A program made the translations under genes and the position numbers. From IMG/VR virus record IMGVR_UViG_3300020207_000019: a DNA stretch of 20,000 nucleotides. One strand, given 5' to 3'. This DNA comes from an uncultured virus (IMG/VR IMGVR_UViG_3300020207_000019) (taxonomy: Duplodnaviria > Heunggongvirae > Uroviricota > Caudoviricetes). The notes under the pieces were generated by a model, which saw nothing but the letters and a program-made list of their open reading frames with translations, ran no database searches and was not told the DNA's origin. Positions 1 to 6,867 of this stretch are shown one piece after another. Every line of letters starts with the position of its first letter. Within the stretch, counting starts at the first letter, position 1.

Positions 1-1
1 T

Positions 2-1477
2 GAGCATCAATGCCATATCAATTCTTTGTTTCTCGCCTTGTGAAAAGTTATTATAACTAAATTCATCTCTAAATCTGGACTTAATGGTCTCTTTAAAGGT
101 TTCATCTAAATTAAAATTAACAAAAAAATCCAATTTGCCAAGATAACTATTGACCAAACGATTAATCACAGGCAAATATTGTTTAATAATTTTTGTTTTG
201 ATACCTGTATCTTTTAATAAAGCACCAGCAACTTCATAATATGTTTTTTCTTCAAGCAGTTCTTTAAACTCTTTTTCTTTTTGGTCTATTTCAACTTTAA
301 GCTCTTTTAGTTTTTGTTCTTCTGTATCAGATATTGTTTTATTGGTTTGAAGTTGTTCAATATCTTTTTTAATTCTATCAATGTATCTGTTTATCTCGGT
401 AATTGATGTATTGTTTGTAGCAATCTTTATTTGTAATTCTTGTATCTTCTTTTGTTTTTCTGATATATCATTGAGTTTAGCTTGTTCTTCATTTATCATC
501 TCATCAAGTTGAGATAGTCCGTGGCCACATTCTTCTATTTTTTCTCTTAAGCTTTTAACTTCACCGTCTTTAAATGCCTGTTCAATATGTTGTCGGCAAG
601 TTGGACAGTTATCATTATGCTCAAAGAAATCTACATCACCTTTATACTTTGTGAGATTGGTTTCAATTTGTGCTTCTAGTTGATTGAATTTTTTTACTCG
701 CTTTTCTGATTCAATTCTTCCATCAACATCTTTTTGAAGCGTAGATACTTGAGATCCAATTGTCTCAATTTCTTCAGTGAGATTTGATATATTAGTTTTG
801 TTGGTAGAAATATCTGTTTCATGTTCTTGTATCTTTTCATCGTTGTTTTGTTTTAAGTCTTGAAGCCTTTTTTCTTCAAAGTCATATTGTTGTTGTGTTA
901 GTTGAATGTTGTGTCTTTTGTCATTCAACATATCTTTATTGCTAATGAGTTTGTCTTTGGTCAGTTTATTCATTACTGAGAATATTTGAATATCTAATAA
1001 GTCTTCAATAATATCTCGCCTATCTCTATTTGATAGTTGCATAAATGGAGTAAATGAAGCTGAACCAAGAACCACAATTTGTGTAAAAGATTTGTAGTTC
1101 ATCTTAAGAACAAACTTTTCTAATTGCTCTTGATAGTCTTTAACAGTTGCATCTTGGTCTAACAGTTCATCATCGACATATATTTCAAACTTGTTCGGTT
1201 TAATACCACGAATAACCTTATAAGCTTTATTGTTGGTATCAAATTCAACTTCGACCTCAAGATTCTTGCCATTGATTGAGTTAATTAGATTAGCTTTTTG
1301 AATTGAACGAAACGGTTTGCCAAACAAACCAAAACACAAAGCATCAAGCAGTGTTGATTTGCCTGAACCATTAGAACCAACAATCAAAGATTGATTGGTC
1401 TTGTCTAATTCAATTTCAGAAAAATGGTTGCCAGTTGAAAGTAGATTCTTCCAACGGACCTTGCGAAATAATATCAA
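2..1477 (-). CDS. 46: Recombination endonuclease ATPase subunit (Rad50/SbcC-like, T4 gp46); 3' end runs off the window
   Basis: Not in the ORF track; read manually in parts. TTG start at 1475-1477 overlaps the gp47 stop (TTGA). N-terminus MILFRKVRWKNLLSTGN, Walker A GSNGSGKSTLLDALCF, zinc hook CPTC (~595-618), ABC signature FSQGEKQRID near 15-50. Directly follows gp47 as in T4. Confidence 0.95.
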   Translation of the reverse strand, partial: MILFRKVRWKNLLSTGNHFSEIELDKTNQSLIVGSNGSGKSTLLDALCFGLFGKPFRSIQKANLINSINGKNLEVEVEFDTNNKAYKVIRGIKPNKFEIYVDDELLDQDATVKDYQEQLEKFVLKMNYKSFTQIVVLGSASFTPFMQLSNRDRRDIIEDLLDIQIFSVMNKLTKDKLISNKDMLNDKRHNIQLTQQQYDFEEKRLQDLKQNNDEKIQEHETDISTNKTNISNLTEEIETIGSQVSTLQKDVDGRIESEKRVKKFNQLEAQIETNLTKYKGDVDFFEHNDNCPTCRQHIEQAFKDGEVKSLREKIEECGHGLSQLDEMINEEQAKLNDISEKQKKIQELQIKIATNNTSITEINRYIDRIKKDIEQLQTNKTISDTEEQKLKELKVEIDQKEKEFKELLEEKTYYEVAGALLKDTGIKTKIIKQYLPVINRLVNSYLGKLDFFVNFNLDETFKETIKSRFRDEFSYNNFSQGEKQRIDMALML

Positions 1478-2544
1478 TCAGTTTCTTCCGTATGTAATGC
1501 TTCAACATATAACTCTCGCATTAATGTTTTTAACTTTTCAGGCTCAACATTGAGAGTTAGTCCATCAATATATTTGGATAATATAGTCATTGTATCTTCT
1601 GCTTGATTTACAATATCATTATCATCAGCAATTATATCGTCATTATAATCTTCAACAATTGCAACATCAGCTGCACCTATCTTATATAAATTATCAGTTA
1701 GATAATCAAATAAAAATGGATTTTGTTTATTCAATACAACCACTTTCACATAGTTGTCTTTGTATTGTTCAAAATCTATCTTTTGAAAGTCTTCTAATGA
1801 TTTTCCATTATCATCATAATTTATTTTATGAAATATCTCATAAGGATTTTTTATAAATTCAAGTTCTCTTGTTTCGGTATCAAAAATATGAAAACCTCTT
1901 TGGTCTTTATAATCAGCCCATGTCATTTGTGTTGGAGTGCCAACATAAAAAACATGGCCATCATCAGACTTATGATGAAAATGGCCAGTTAAGACGATAT
2001 CATACTTGTTTAAAACAGTTTTGTCAATACCTGTATATGAAACATTGCCTTTGTCCATTTCAAAACCTTGTATCTCAAAATGACCAAAACAAATTTGTGA
2101 CCGGCTGTTTTTAATCTTTTCTAATATTTCTTCTTCGTTTTCATCACACAACCAAGGAACAACATCAACAGAAACGCCATCAAAATCTACGGTTGTAAAT
2201 TTATCATAGATAGTAAAATCTTTATATTCATTAAGTAATAGTTGAGAAGAATTAACTTTGAGTGTATTGCGATAGGTAATATCATGGTTACCCAACATTG
2301 AGTAAAACTTGATATTGTTTTTTTCTACTTCGTCAAAAAAATAATTGCGACACTGGTAAAGGCTATTAAAGTTAATAAACTTCCGCCTATCAAACAAATC
2401 ACCCATTTGAAATATTTGAGTAATGTTGTTTTCTTTAAGATATGGGAAAAGAATGTTCTCATAGAATTTTCTTATATAGTTATGGAAGATAATACTATCA
2501 CCACGCATACCGAAATGCGTATCACCAAGAATACATAATTTCAT
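1474..2544 (-). CDS. 47: Recombination endonuclease nuclease subunit (Mre11/SbcD-like, T4 gp47)
   Basis: Metallophosphoesterase motifs GDTH, GDLFD, GNHD, GHFH; 356 aa; paired with gp46. Confidence 0.95.
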   Translation of the reverse strand: MKLCILGDTHFGMRGDSIIFHNYIRKFYENILFPYLKENNITQIFQMGDLFDRRKFINFNSLYQCRNYFFDEVEKNNIKFYSMLGNHDITYRNTLKVNSSQLLLNEYKDFTIYDKFTTVDFDGVSVDVVPWLCDENEEEILEKIKNSRSQICFGHFEIQGFEMDKGNVSYTGIDKTVLNKYDIVLTGHFHHKSDDGHVFYVGTPTQMTWADYKDQRGFHIFDTETRELEFIKNPYEIFHKINYDDNGKSLEDFQKIDFEQYKDNYVKVVVLNKQNPFLFDYLTDNLYKIGAADVAIVEDYNDDIIADDNDIVNQAEDTMTILSKYIDGLTLNVEPEKLKTLMRELYVEALHTEETD

Positions 2545-2545
2545 A

Positions 2546-2710
2546 TTATAATTGTTTTGTTAGTTTTTCTATTTGGTCTTTAAGTTGAAGTTTTTGTAAT
2601 TTCATTTTAGTTAAGCTTGTATCTGATAGGTAGTTTGTATATCCTTTTTTAATCTGTTCATCTAATTCACGGTGTTTTGTTTTTAAAGATTCGAGATGGT
2701 CTGCTATCAC
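2546..2710 (-). CDS. Small coiled-coil protein, DUF465/YdcH-like (54 aa)
   Basis: Manual translation MIADHLESLKTKHRELDEQIKKGYTNYLSDTSLTKMKLQKLQLKDQIEKLTKQL. GTG start behind a strong SD (AAAGGAG), stop 1 nt before the gp47 ATG. The pattern L..KH..LD..I......KL.LKDQI resembles DUF465. Confidence 0.8.
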   Translation of the reverse strand: MIADHLESLKTKHRELDEQIKKGYTNYLSDTSLTKMKLQKLQLKDQIEKLTKQL

Positions 2711-2850
2711 TAAAATTCTCCTTTATAAACGGGTATATCATTACATTTTGTTGAATAGTTTGGATCTTTAGTATCACACTTGTTAAAAAATCCTGCACAT
2801 GAACTAATCATAACACAAAACAATAATAAGAGAGGCAATTTTTTATTCAC
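2710..2850 (-). CDS. Putative small lipoprotein (46 aa)
   Basis: Manual translation MNKKLPLLLLFCVMISSCAGFFNKCDTKDPNYSTKCNDIPVYKGEF. GTG start overlaps the gp55 end; basic n-region, hydrophobic h-region, lipobox I-S-S-C18; fills the gap exactly between gp55 and the DUF465-like ORF. Confidence 0.7.
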   Translation of the reverse strand: MNKKLPLLLLFCVMISSCAGFFNKCDTKDPNYSTKCNDIPVYKGEF

Positions 2851-3373
2851 CAACAAACTTATCAACTCCTTTTACCTTTGCTTCTTTTTTCTTTTTCTTT
2901 GTCTCTTCAAAGTTTTGAATAAACTCGGAAATATTATCATACAATTCAAACTGTCTTGTGTTGCCATCAGCATCTTCAAGTAATTCAAATTCATCTAAAA
3001 TACCAATTTGTTCTGTAGCTTTATACTTCACATATAACTGTTTTTTCTCTCGTGTGATTCTACGAAGAAAAGCATAGTAAATAATTTGTGTGAAGTAAGC
3101 AAATGGATTTTTAGATTTATCTGGATTAAAATTACGGAAATACATCATACAGTTTTCAATACCATCAGCAATCATTTCATCTCTAAATGAATATGATGCA
3201 AAGTTTGGTTTGCGTGATAAGTGTTCTGCAATTTTTAGAAAACATTCACCGACATAATTAGGTATTTGTGGTTGAGGCTTATTCTTTTTATCAGCTTCTT
3301 CACATTTACTTTTATATTCAATTAATGCTTTTAAAAAATCCCCATTATTAACATAGTGTTTTTCTTTTGCCAT
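2843..3373 (-). CDS. 55: Sigma factor for late transcription (T4 gp55)
   Basis: HYVNNGDFL, YVGECFLKIAEHLS.KPNF..YSFRDEMIADGIENC and NPFAYFTQIIYYAFLRRI motifs. Start placed at MAKEKH (ATG 3371-3373, GAAGG upstream) rather than 3415. Confidence 0.95.
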   Translation of the reverse strand: MAKEKHYVNNGDFLKALIEYKSKCEEADKKNKPQPQIPNYVGECFLKIAEHLSRKPNFASYSFRDEMIADGIENCMMYFRNFNPDKSKNPFAYFTQIIYYAFLRRITREKKQLYVKYKATEQIGILDEFELLEDADGNTRQFELYDNISEFIQNFEETKKKKKEAKVKGVDKFVGE

Positions 3374-3408
3374 AATATACCTTCTTTCATGTTTGCCTGG
3401 TTTAGGCC

Positions 3409-3437
3409 TTGACAAATTTGTTTTTTGTCATTATAAT
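3409..3437 (+). promoter_or_regulatory. Perfect-consensus sigma70 promoter, antisense to the gene cluster
   Basis: TTGACA (3409-3414), 17-nt spacer, TATAAT (3432-3437) on the + strand in the gap upstream of gp55; overlapped by inverted repeat TGACAAA-N7-TTTGTCA (3410-3430). Confidence 0.75.
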
Positions 3438-3439
3438 CC

Positions 3440-3823
3440 TTATGTCGCCAGATGAGGCTGGATCCTTCCAAGGAGGGTTAATACTCTTTTTCTATAATCA
3501 AAACCTAACATTGATGCTTTCTGTCCTTTATTCCAAGGAGGATGCCTGTTTTGAGAGGTGTATTGGTCAGATGTTAAATCAATAATACGATTCTGATTGT
3601 CAACACACCACCAGTGCCAAATGCCCTCATCATCTAAAGCACGATGTAGTTTTAATTCTTGTGTTCCAAATATTTTTTGTAAACAGGCAGATGCTGTATG
3701 GCAGTGACCAAACATTGGGTTGGTACTGTTGCGTTCTACCCATTTTTTAGGTAATAAATCGGGTGTTAAATTTTTTAATATTAAATTGGTTACAATTCTC
3801 AAATTATCAATATTATATTCCAT
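3440..3823 (-). CDS. Hypothetical protein with putative Cys-His-Asp triad (YunG-like / papain-transglutaminase fold)
   Basis: 127 aa; motifs GHCHTAS, GIWHWW, IIDLTSDQY. Family assignment by recalled motif resemblance only. Confidence 0.55.
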   Translation of the reverse strand: MEYNIDNLRIVTNLILKNLTPDLLPKKWVERNSTNPMFGHCHTASACLQKIFGTQELKLHRALDDEGIWHWWCVDNQNRIIDLTSDQYTSQNRHPPWNKGQKASMLGFDYRKRVLTLLGRIQPHLAT

Positions 3824-3825
3824 GG

Positions 3826-4269
3826 TTAATGTATTTGACCTTTATCCTTTGCTATATTAAATTTATCAAGTAATTCATCCATTGTTGTCATGTCATCATC
3901 ATATTCATCAACATAAACAGAAGATTCTAAACTGTCTTTATATGATTTGTTTTCTTTTTTTATCATCTCATCACTATATTTAATTTCTTTTGAAACTTCA
4001 TGAACCATATTTAAATAATATTCAATAAGACTGTCTTTTGGATTTGTATATGTAACTATTTCTGAATTATTTAATGTAGCTATATTATCAGATATAATCT
4101 CAACTGGCAACCATGGTACCATCATCATTACCGATCCTTTACCTGACCGTCTAAGCAAAACAACCATAGGATTATTTAAAATGGTGTTTTCTTTATCTGC
4201 TATAACATCAGCGATAACATCTTCACCAGATTGAAGTCTAACAACTTTTATATTAAGTGTTTCAGCCAT
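3826..4269 (-). CDS. Conserved T4-like protein with Sm-like N-terminal domain
   Basis: IKVVRLQSGEDVIA...ILNNPM...MVPWLP pattern typical of the Sm-like gene between uvsW and gp55 in environmental T4-like phages; acidic tail. Likely start MAETLN (4269) overlapping the uvsW stop. Confidence 0.65.
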   Translation of the reverse strand: MAETLNIKVVRLQSGEDVIADVIADKENTILNNPMVVLLRRSGKGSVMMMVPWLPVEIISDNIATLNNSEIVTYTNPKDSLIEYYLNMVHEVSKEIKYSDEMIKKENKSYKDSLESSVYVDEYDDDMTTMDELLDKFNIAKDKGQIH

Positions 4270-5728
4270 TCTTGAGTTCGATATTGTAGAACTTGTATTT
4301 GAACTTCTCTTCATCATATATTTTCATTCTTTCAATAAAATGTTTTAGTGTATAATTGGTAAATTTACCAACTCTAAAATCATCAGCGATATCAAACAAA
4401 GTCGCTACTTCTTTATTATCTCCTACTCTTAAACCTCGACCGATAGATTGAAGATTACGAATACGAGACTTACTCGGCGAGGCAAAGATAATATTATGTA
4501 AGTTCCTTATATTTATACCCGTAGAAAAAGTACCATATGATGCTACGATAATAGCATCTTTTTCTCTTTCAGTAATTGACCGAACAGCTTCACGAGATTC
4601 TGTATCGGTTCCACCAAAAACAAAAAATGTTTTTCTTTTTTTCGCCTTTTCTTTAATGACCTCATATAAATCTTTTCCATGTTTTTCAACAAACTGAAAA
4701 AGTATAAGAGAGTTTCCATTTAATGATAAGGCTAAGTTTCTTATAAATTCGTTTCGTGCTTTGTTTTGAACAATATAATCTATTTCAGTATTATAATCCC
4801 ATTCTTTCGCTTGTTTGCAAACCGATTCTGGATATTTCAACACTAAACATTTGATTTTAAAATCCGCCAAATGTTTTTGTTCAATAAGTTCAGATGTAGT
4901 TGTTGCACGATAAACAGGACCAAATAAACCTTCTAATACTAAGCGATGTGTTTGTGTACCGTCTAAAGTGCCTGTTGTTCCTATCCTATATTTAGCACTA
5001 GAACAACCTGACATAATTGTTGTTAAAGACTTAGCTTTAAATTGGTGAGCTTCGTCACCTAAAACAAAATCAAACTGTTCAAAATATTCTGGAGGATTTT
5101 TATAAACAGATTGCCAGGTTGTAATAGTGATAAAACTGTTTGTGTGTTTTTCTTTACCTGAATATTGTCTATGGCAGTATTTGTCTGAATCATAACCATA
5201 CGATTTAAAATCACTAAACATTTGTTCGACTAATGAGGTTGTTGGCACAATCATTAGTCCTTTCTTATAATCAGAGCTTTGGAGATATCTCACTATCAGG
5301 TATAGTATTAAGGACTTACCAGATGCAGTTGGAGACAGTAGGAGAACCCTTTTATTGCGAATTCCTGTGATAAAAGACTTGAGTTGGTAGTCACGGACCT
5401 TGTAAGGTAAATTTAAAGATTCAATAAATTCTTTAGCTTCATGTACCGAAAAGCTCTCTGTTGAACTAACTTCTTTATCTATTTCAAGCTTATAATTTCT
5501 TTCTTCACAAAACTTTTGTATATAAGCTACAAGACCATGATATATGGTAAAGTTTCTCAAATCTAAAAGCCTTATCTTTCCATCCCAAGCTCGCATCTTA
5601 TATGCCGGTGTGAATTGATAACCAGGCACAAAGAATGTAAAATACTCGGACATCTCTTGAGCAAAATGCCTTTCACATTCTAACTGAATATAAGATTCGT
5701 TTTGTTTATGTAGAATGATATCAGCCAT
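4262..5728 (-). CDS. uvsW: UvsW SF2 DNA/RNA-DNA helicase
   Basis: Q motif RDYQ, Walker A SPTASGKS, DEAH box, motif III TTGT, motif VI QSIGRGLR, N-terminal WDGKIRL. Start MADIIL coupled to the uvsY stop (TAATG). Confidence 0.95.
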   Translation of the reverse strand: MADIILHKQNESYIQLECERHFAQEMSEYFTFFVPGYQFTPAYKMRAWDGKIRLLDLRNFTIYHGLVAYIQKFCEERNYKLEIDKEVSSTESFSVHEAKEFIESLNLPYKVRDYQLKSFITGIRNKRVLLLSPTASGKSLILYLIVRYLQSSDYKKGLMIVPTTSLVEQMFSDFKSYGYDSDKYCHRQYSGKEKHTNSFITITTWQSVYKNPPEYFEQFDFVLGDEAHQFKAKSLTTIMSGCSSAKYRIGTTGTLDGTQTHRLVLEGLFGPVYRATTTSELIEQKHLADFKIKCLVLKYPESVCKQAKEWDYNTEIDYIVQNKARNEFIRNLALSLNGNSLILFQFVEKHGKDLYEVIKEKAKKRKTFFVFGGTDTESREAVRSITEREKDAIIVASYGTFSTGINIRNLHNIIFASPSKSRIRNLQSIGRGLRVGDNKEVATLFDIADDFRVGKFTNYTLKHFIERMKIYDEEKFKYKFYNIELKNG

Positions 5729-6162
5729 TATACACCTTGAATGAATTTCTCCCAATCAATAAATGACCTAAGTTCCCATGTTCGGTTGTTTAATTCTTTA
5801 AGAATAGCTTCACACACGGTAACAATTTCATCATGTAAGGTTTTAGCAGCTTTGTGTTTGTTAATATCTTCATCACTTTCTAAATATGTGTTGAGTTCGG
5901 CTTTGAGAACATAAGGAAATGGTTCCCAACCATACTTCTTCAACTCATCATCATCGAGTTTGCCTGTATAATATTCCCATTTAAGTCGTCTGATTTTATT
6001 TAATTTAAATTCAGATTCTTTAGACAATAAACGATGGCGAGAAAGTATATTCAAATACTTACTGTGTAATTGTGGTATCTTTGTTAGTTCTTTACCTGGT
6101 TCAGTTCTGTCCAGTTCGGAATCTTTTCTCCACATTTCTAGTAGTTCTTCTAATTGTTTCAT
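5728..6162 (-). CDS. uvsY: UvsY recombination mediator
   Basis: KIPQLHSKYL, KWEYYTGK and C-terminal IDWEKFIQGV; 144 aa; adjacent to uvsW; SD GGAGG. Confidence 0.9.
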   Translation of the reverse strand: MKQLEELLEMWRKDSELDRTEPGKELTKIPQLHSKYLNILSRHRLLSKESEFKLNKIRRLKWEYYTGKLDDDELKKYGWEPFPYVLKAELNTYLESDEDINKHKAAKTLHDEIVTVCEAILKELNNRTWELRSFIDWEKFIQGV

Positions 6163-6185
6163 AATTTATAATCCTCCAATAGTGG

Positions 6186-6214
6186 AGTATAACCAATTGG
6201 CAATCAAATGTCAA
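6186..6214 (-). promoter_or_regulatory. Sigma70-type (early) promoter for the uvsY-uvsW-...-gp55-gp47-gp46 unit
   Basis: Minus strand TTGACA (6214-6209), 17 nt, TATACT (6191-6186), directly upstream of the uvsY SD. Confidence 0.8.
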
Positions 6215-6220
6215 GCGTTT

Positions 6221-6760
6221 TTACCAAGTTTTTTCGATATCGTAGTAACTATACCGAAAAGTGGCGTCTGCTGTTAAGAGCGTATCAGGATTATCACTTG
6301 AAGACATTATAAAGGTTGATAGCGTAGTTGGAAAACATTCGTAAAATTTCATACGAATATAAGGTTGGTTTGAAGAAGATAATAATGTTAATGTTGCATC
6401 ACTATATTGAGGTCTTTTTGTTGCTACTCTAGTAGCTTGTTTGTTTAATCTTCTTAAATCTTTGTAATCATCAAAGTCCTCTGGAAAGGTCATGCCACGA
6501 ATCCAATCATGCACTTCTATCCAAGATTCCATTCTTTCATCAATCAAAAAAGTAACATTCAATAAATCGTAAATGGCTTTATCACCAGGCGCAAACAAAT
6601 CTACAAACGGTGTAAATTGTGGAGTTTCTGACATAGAAATGCCTGGAACGGAAACAGATTGACAAAAGTATTGAATGTTTGGCAATCTACCAAAATTCAG
6701 TATATACTTATTGGGTTGTAAAAAATTAGGATTACTCGGATTTCTATCTGTAACTGCCAT
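6221..6760 (-). CDS. 3: Tail tube terminator / tail completion protein (T4 gp3)
   Basis: NFLQPNKY...YFCQSVSVPGIS...FLIDE.M.SW.EVHDWIRG...SDATL...FPTTLS...ADATFRY; gp19-like fold; position after gp23 as in marine T4-like phages. Confidence 0.88.
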   Translation of the reverse strand: MAVTDRNPSNPNFLQPNKYILNFGRLPNIQYFCQSVSVPGISMSETPQFTPFVDLFAPGDKAIYDLLNVTFLIDERMESWIEVHDWIRGMTFPEDFDDYKDLRRLNKQATRVATKRPQYSDATLTLLSSSNQPYIRMKFYECFPTTLSTFIMSSSDNPDTLLTADATFRYSYYDIEKTW

Positions 6761-6786
6761 GTATTATTTCCATAAATGTTATGGTG

Positions 6787-6794
6787 TATTTATG
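6787..6794 (-). promoter_or_regulatory. Probable gp55-dependent late promoter for gp3
   Basis: CATAAATA (7/8 match to TATAAATA) between the gp23 terminator and the gp3 start. Confidence 0.6.
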
Positions 6795-6812
6795 CTACTA
6801 TAAGCCGTAGAT

Positions 6813-6840
6813 AAAAAAAGAGGCACCGAAGTGCCTCTCT
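6813..6840 (-). terminator. Intrinsic terminator after gp23
   Basis: Minus strand AGAGGCAC-TTCG-GTGCCTCT followed by a T run; C(UUCG)G tetraloop characteristic of T4-like terminators. Confidence 0.92.
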
Positions 6841-6867
6841 TTAAGTTAGTTAGACTAACAAACTATA

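Noticed and set aside
1590..2983. Short + strand ORFs (1590, 1869, 2780), also 10244, 11368, 16144, 17165 and the alternate-frame minus ORF 11753-11980
   Set aside because: All overlap well-supported genes and have low-complexity or implausible composition.
3374..3415. N-terminal extensions given by the ORF track for gp55 (also uvsW, the Sm-like gene and gp16)
   Set aside because: Downstream ATGs fit family N-termini, SD position or stop-start coupling better.
3442..3585. 47-aa + strand ORF (MSPDEAGSFQGG...) starting 5 nt after the antisense -10 box, a possible leaderless peptide
   Set aside because: Lies wholly antisense to the 127-aa gene with no recognisable motif; ORFs of this size arise by chance. 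Revisit only if the TSS maps to 3442.
4510..4517. Exact TATAAATA inside uvsW
   Set aside because: Encodes the conserved helicase motif TGINI and lies ~240 nt from the next start; chance matches are expected in AT-rich DNA.
6193..6200. Palindrome CCAATTGG in the uvsY promoter spacer
   Set aside because: Only 8 bp and a single noticed copy; insufficient to call an operator.
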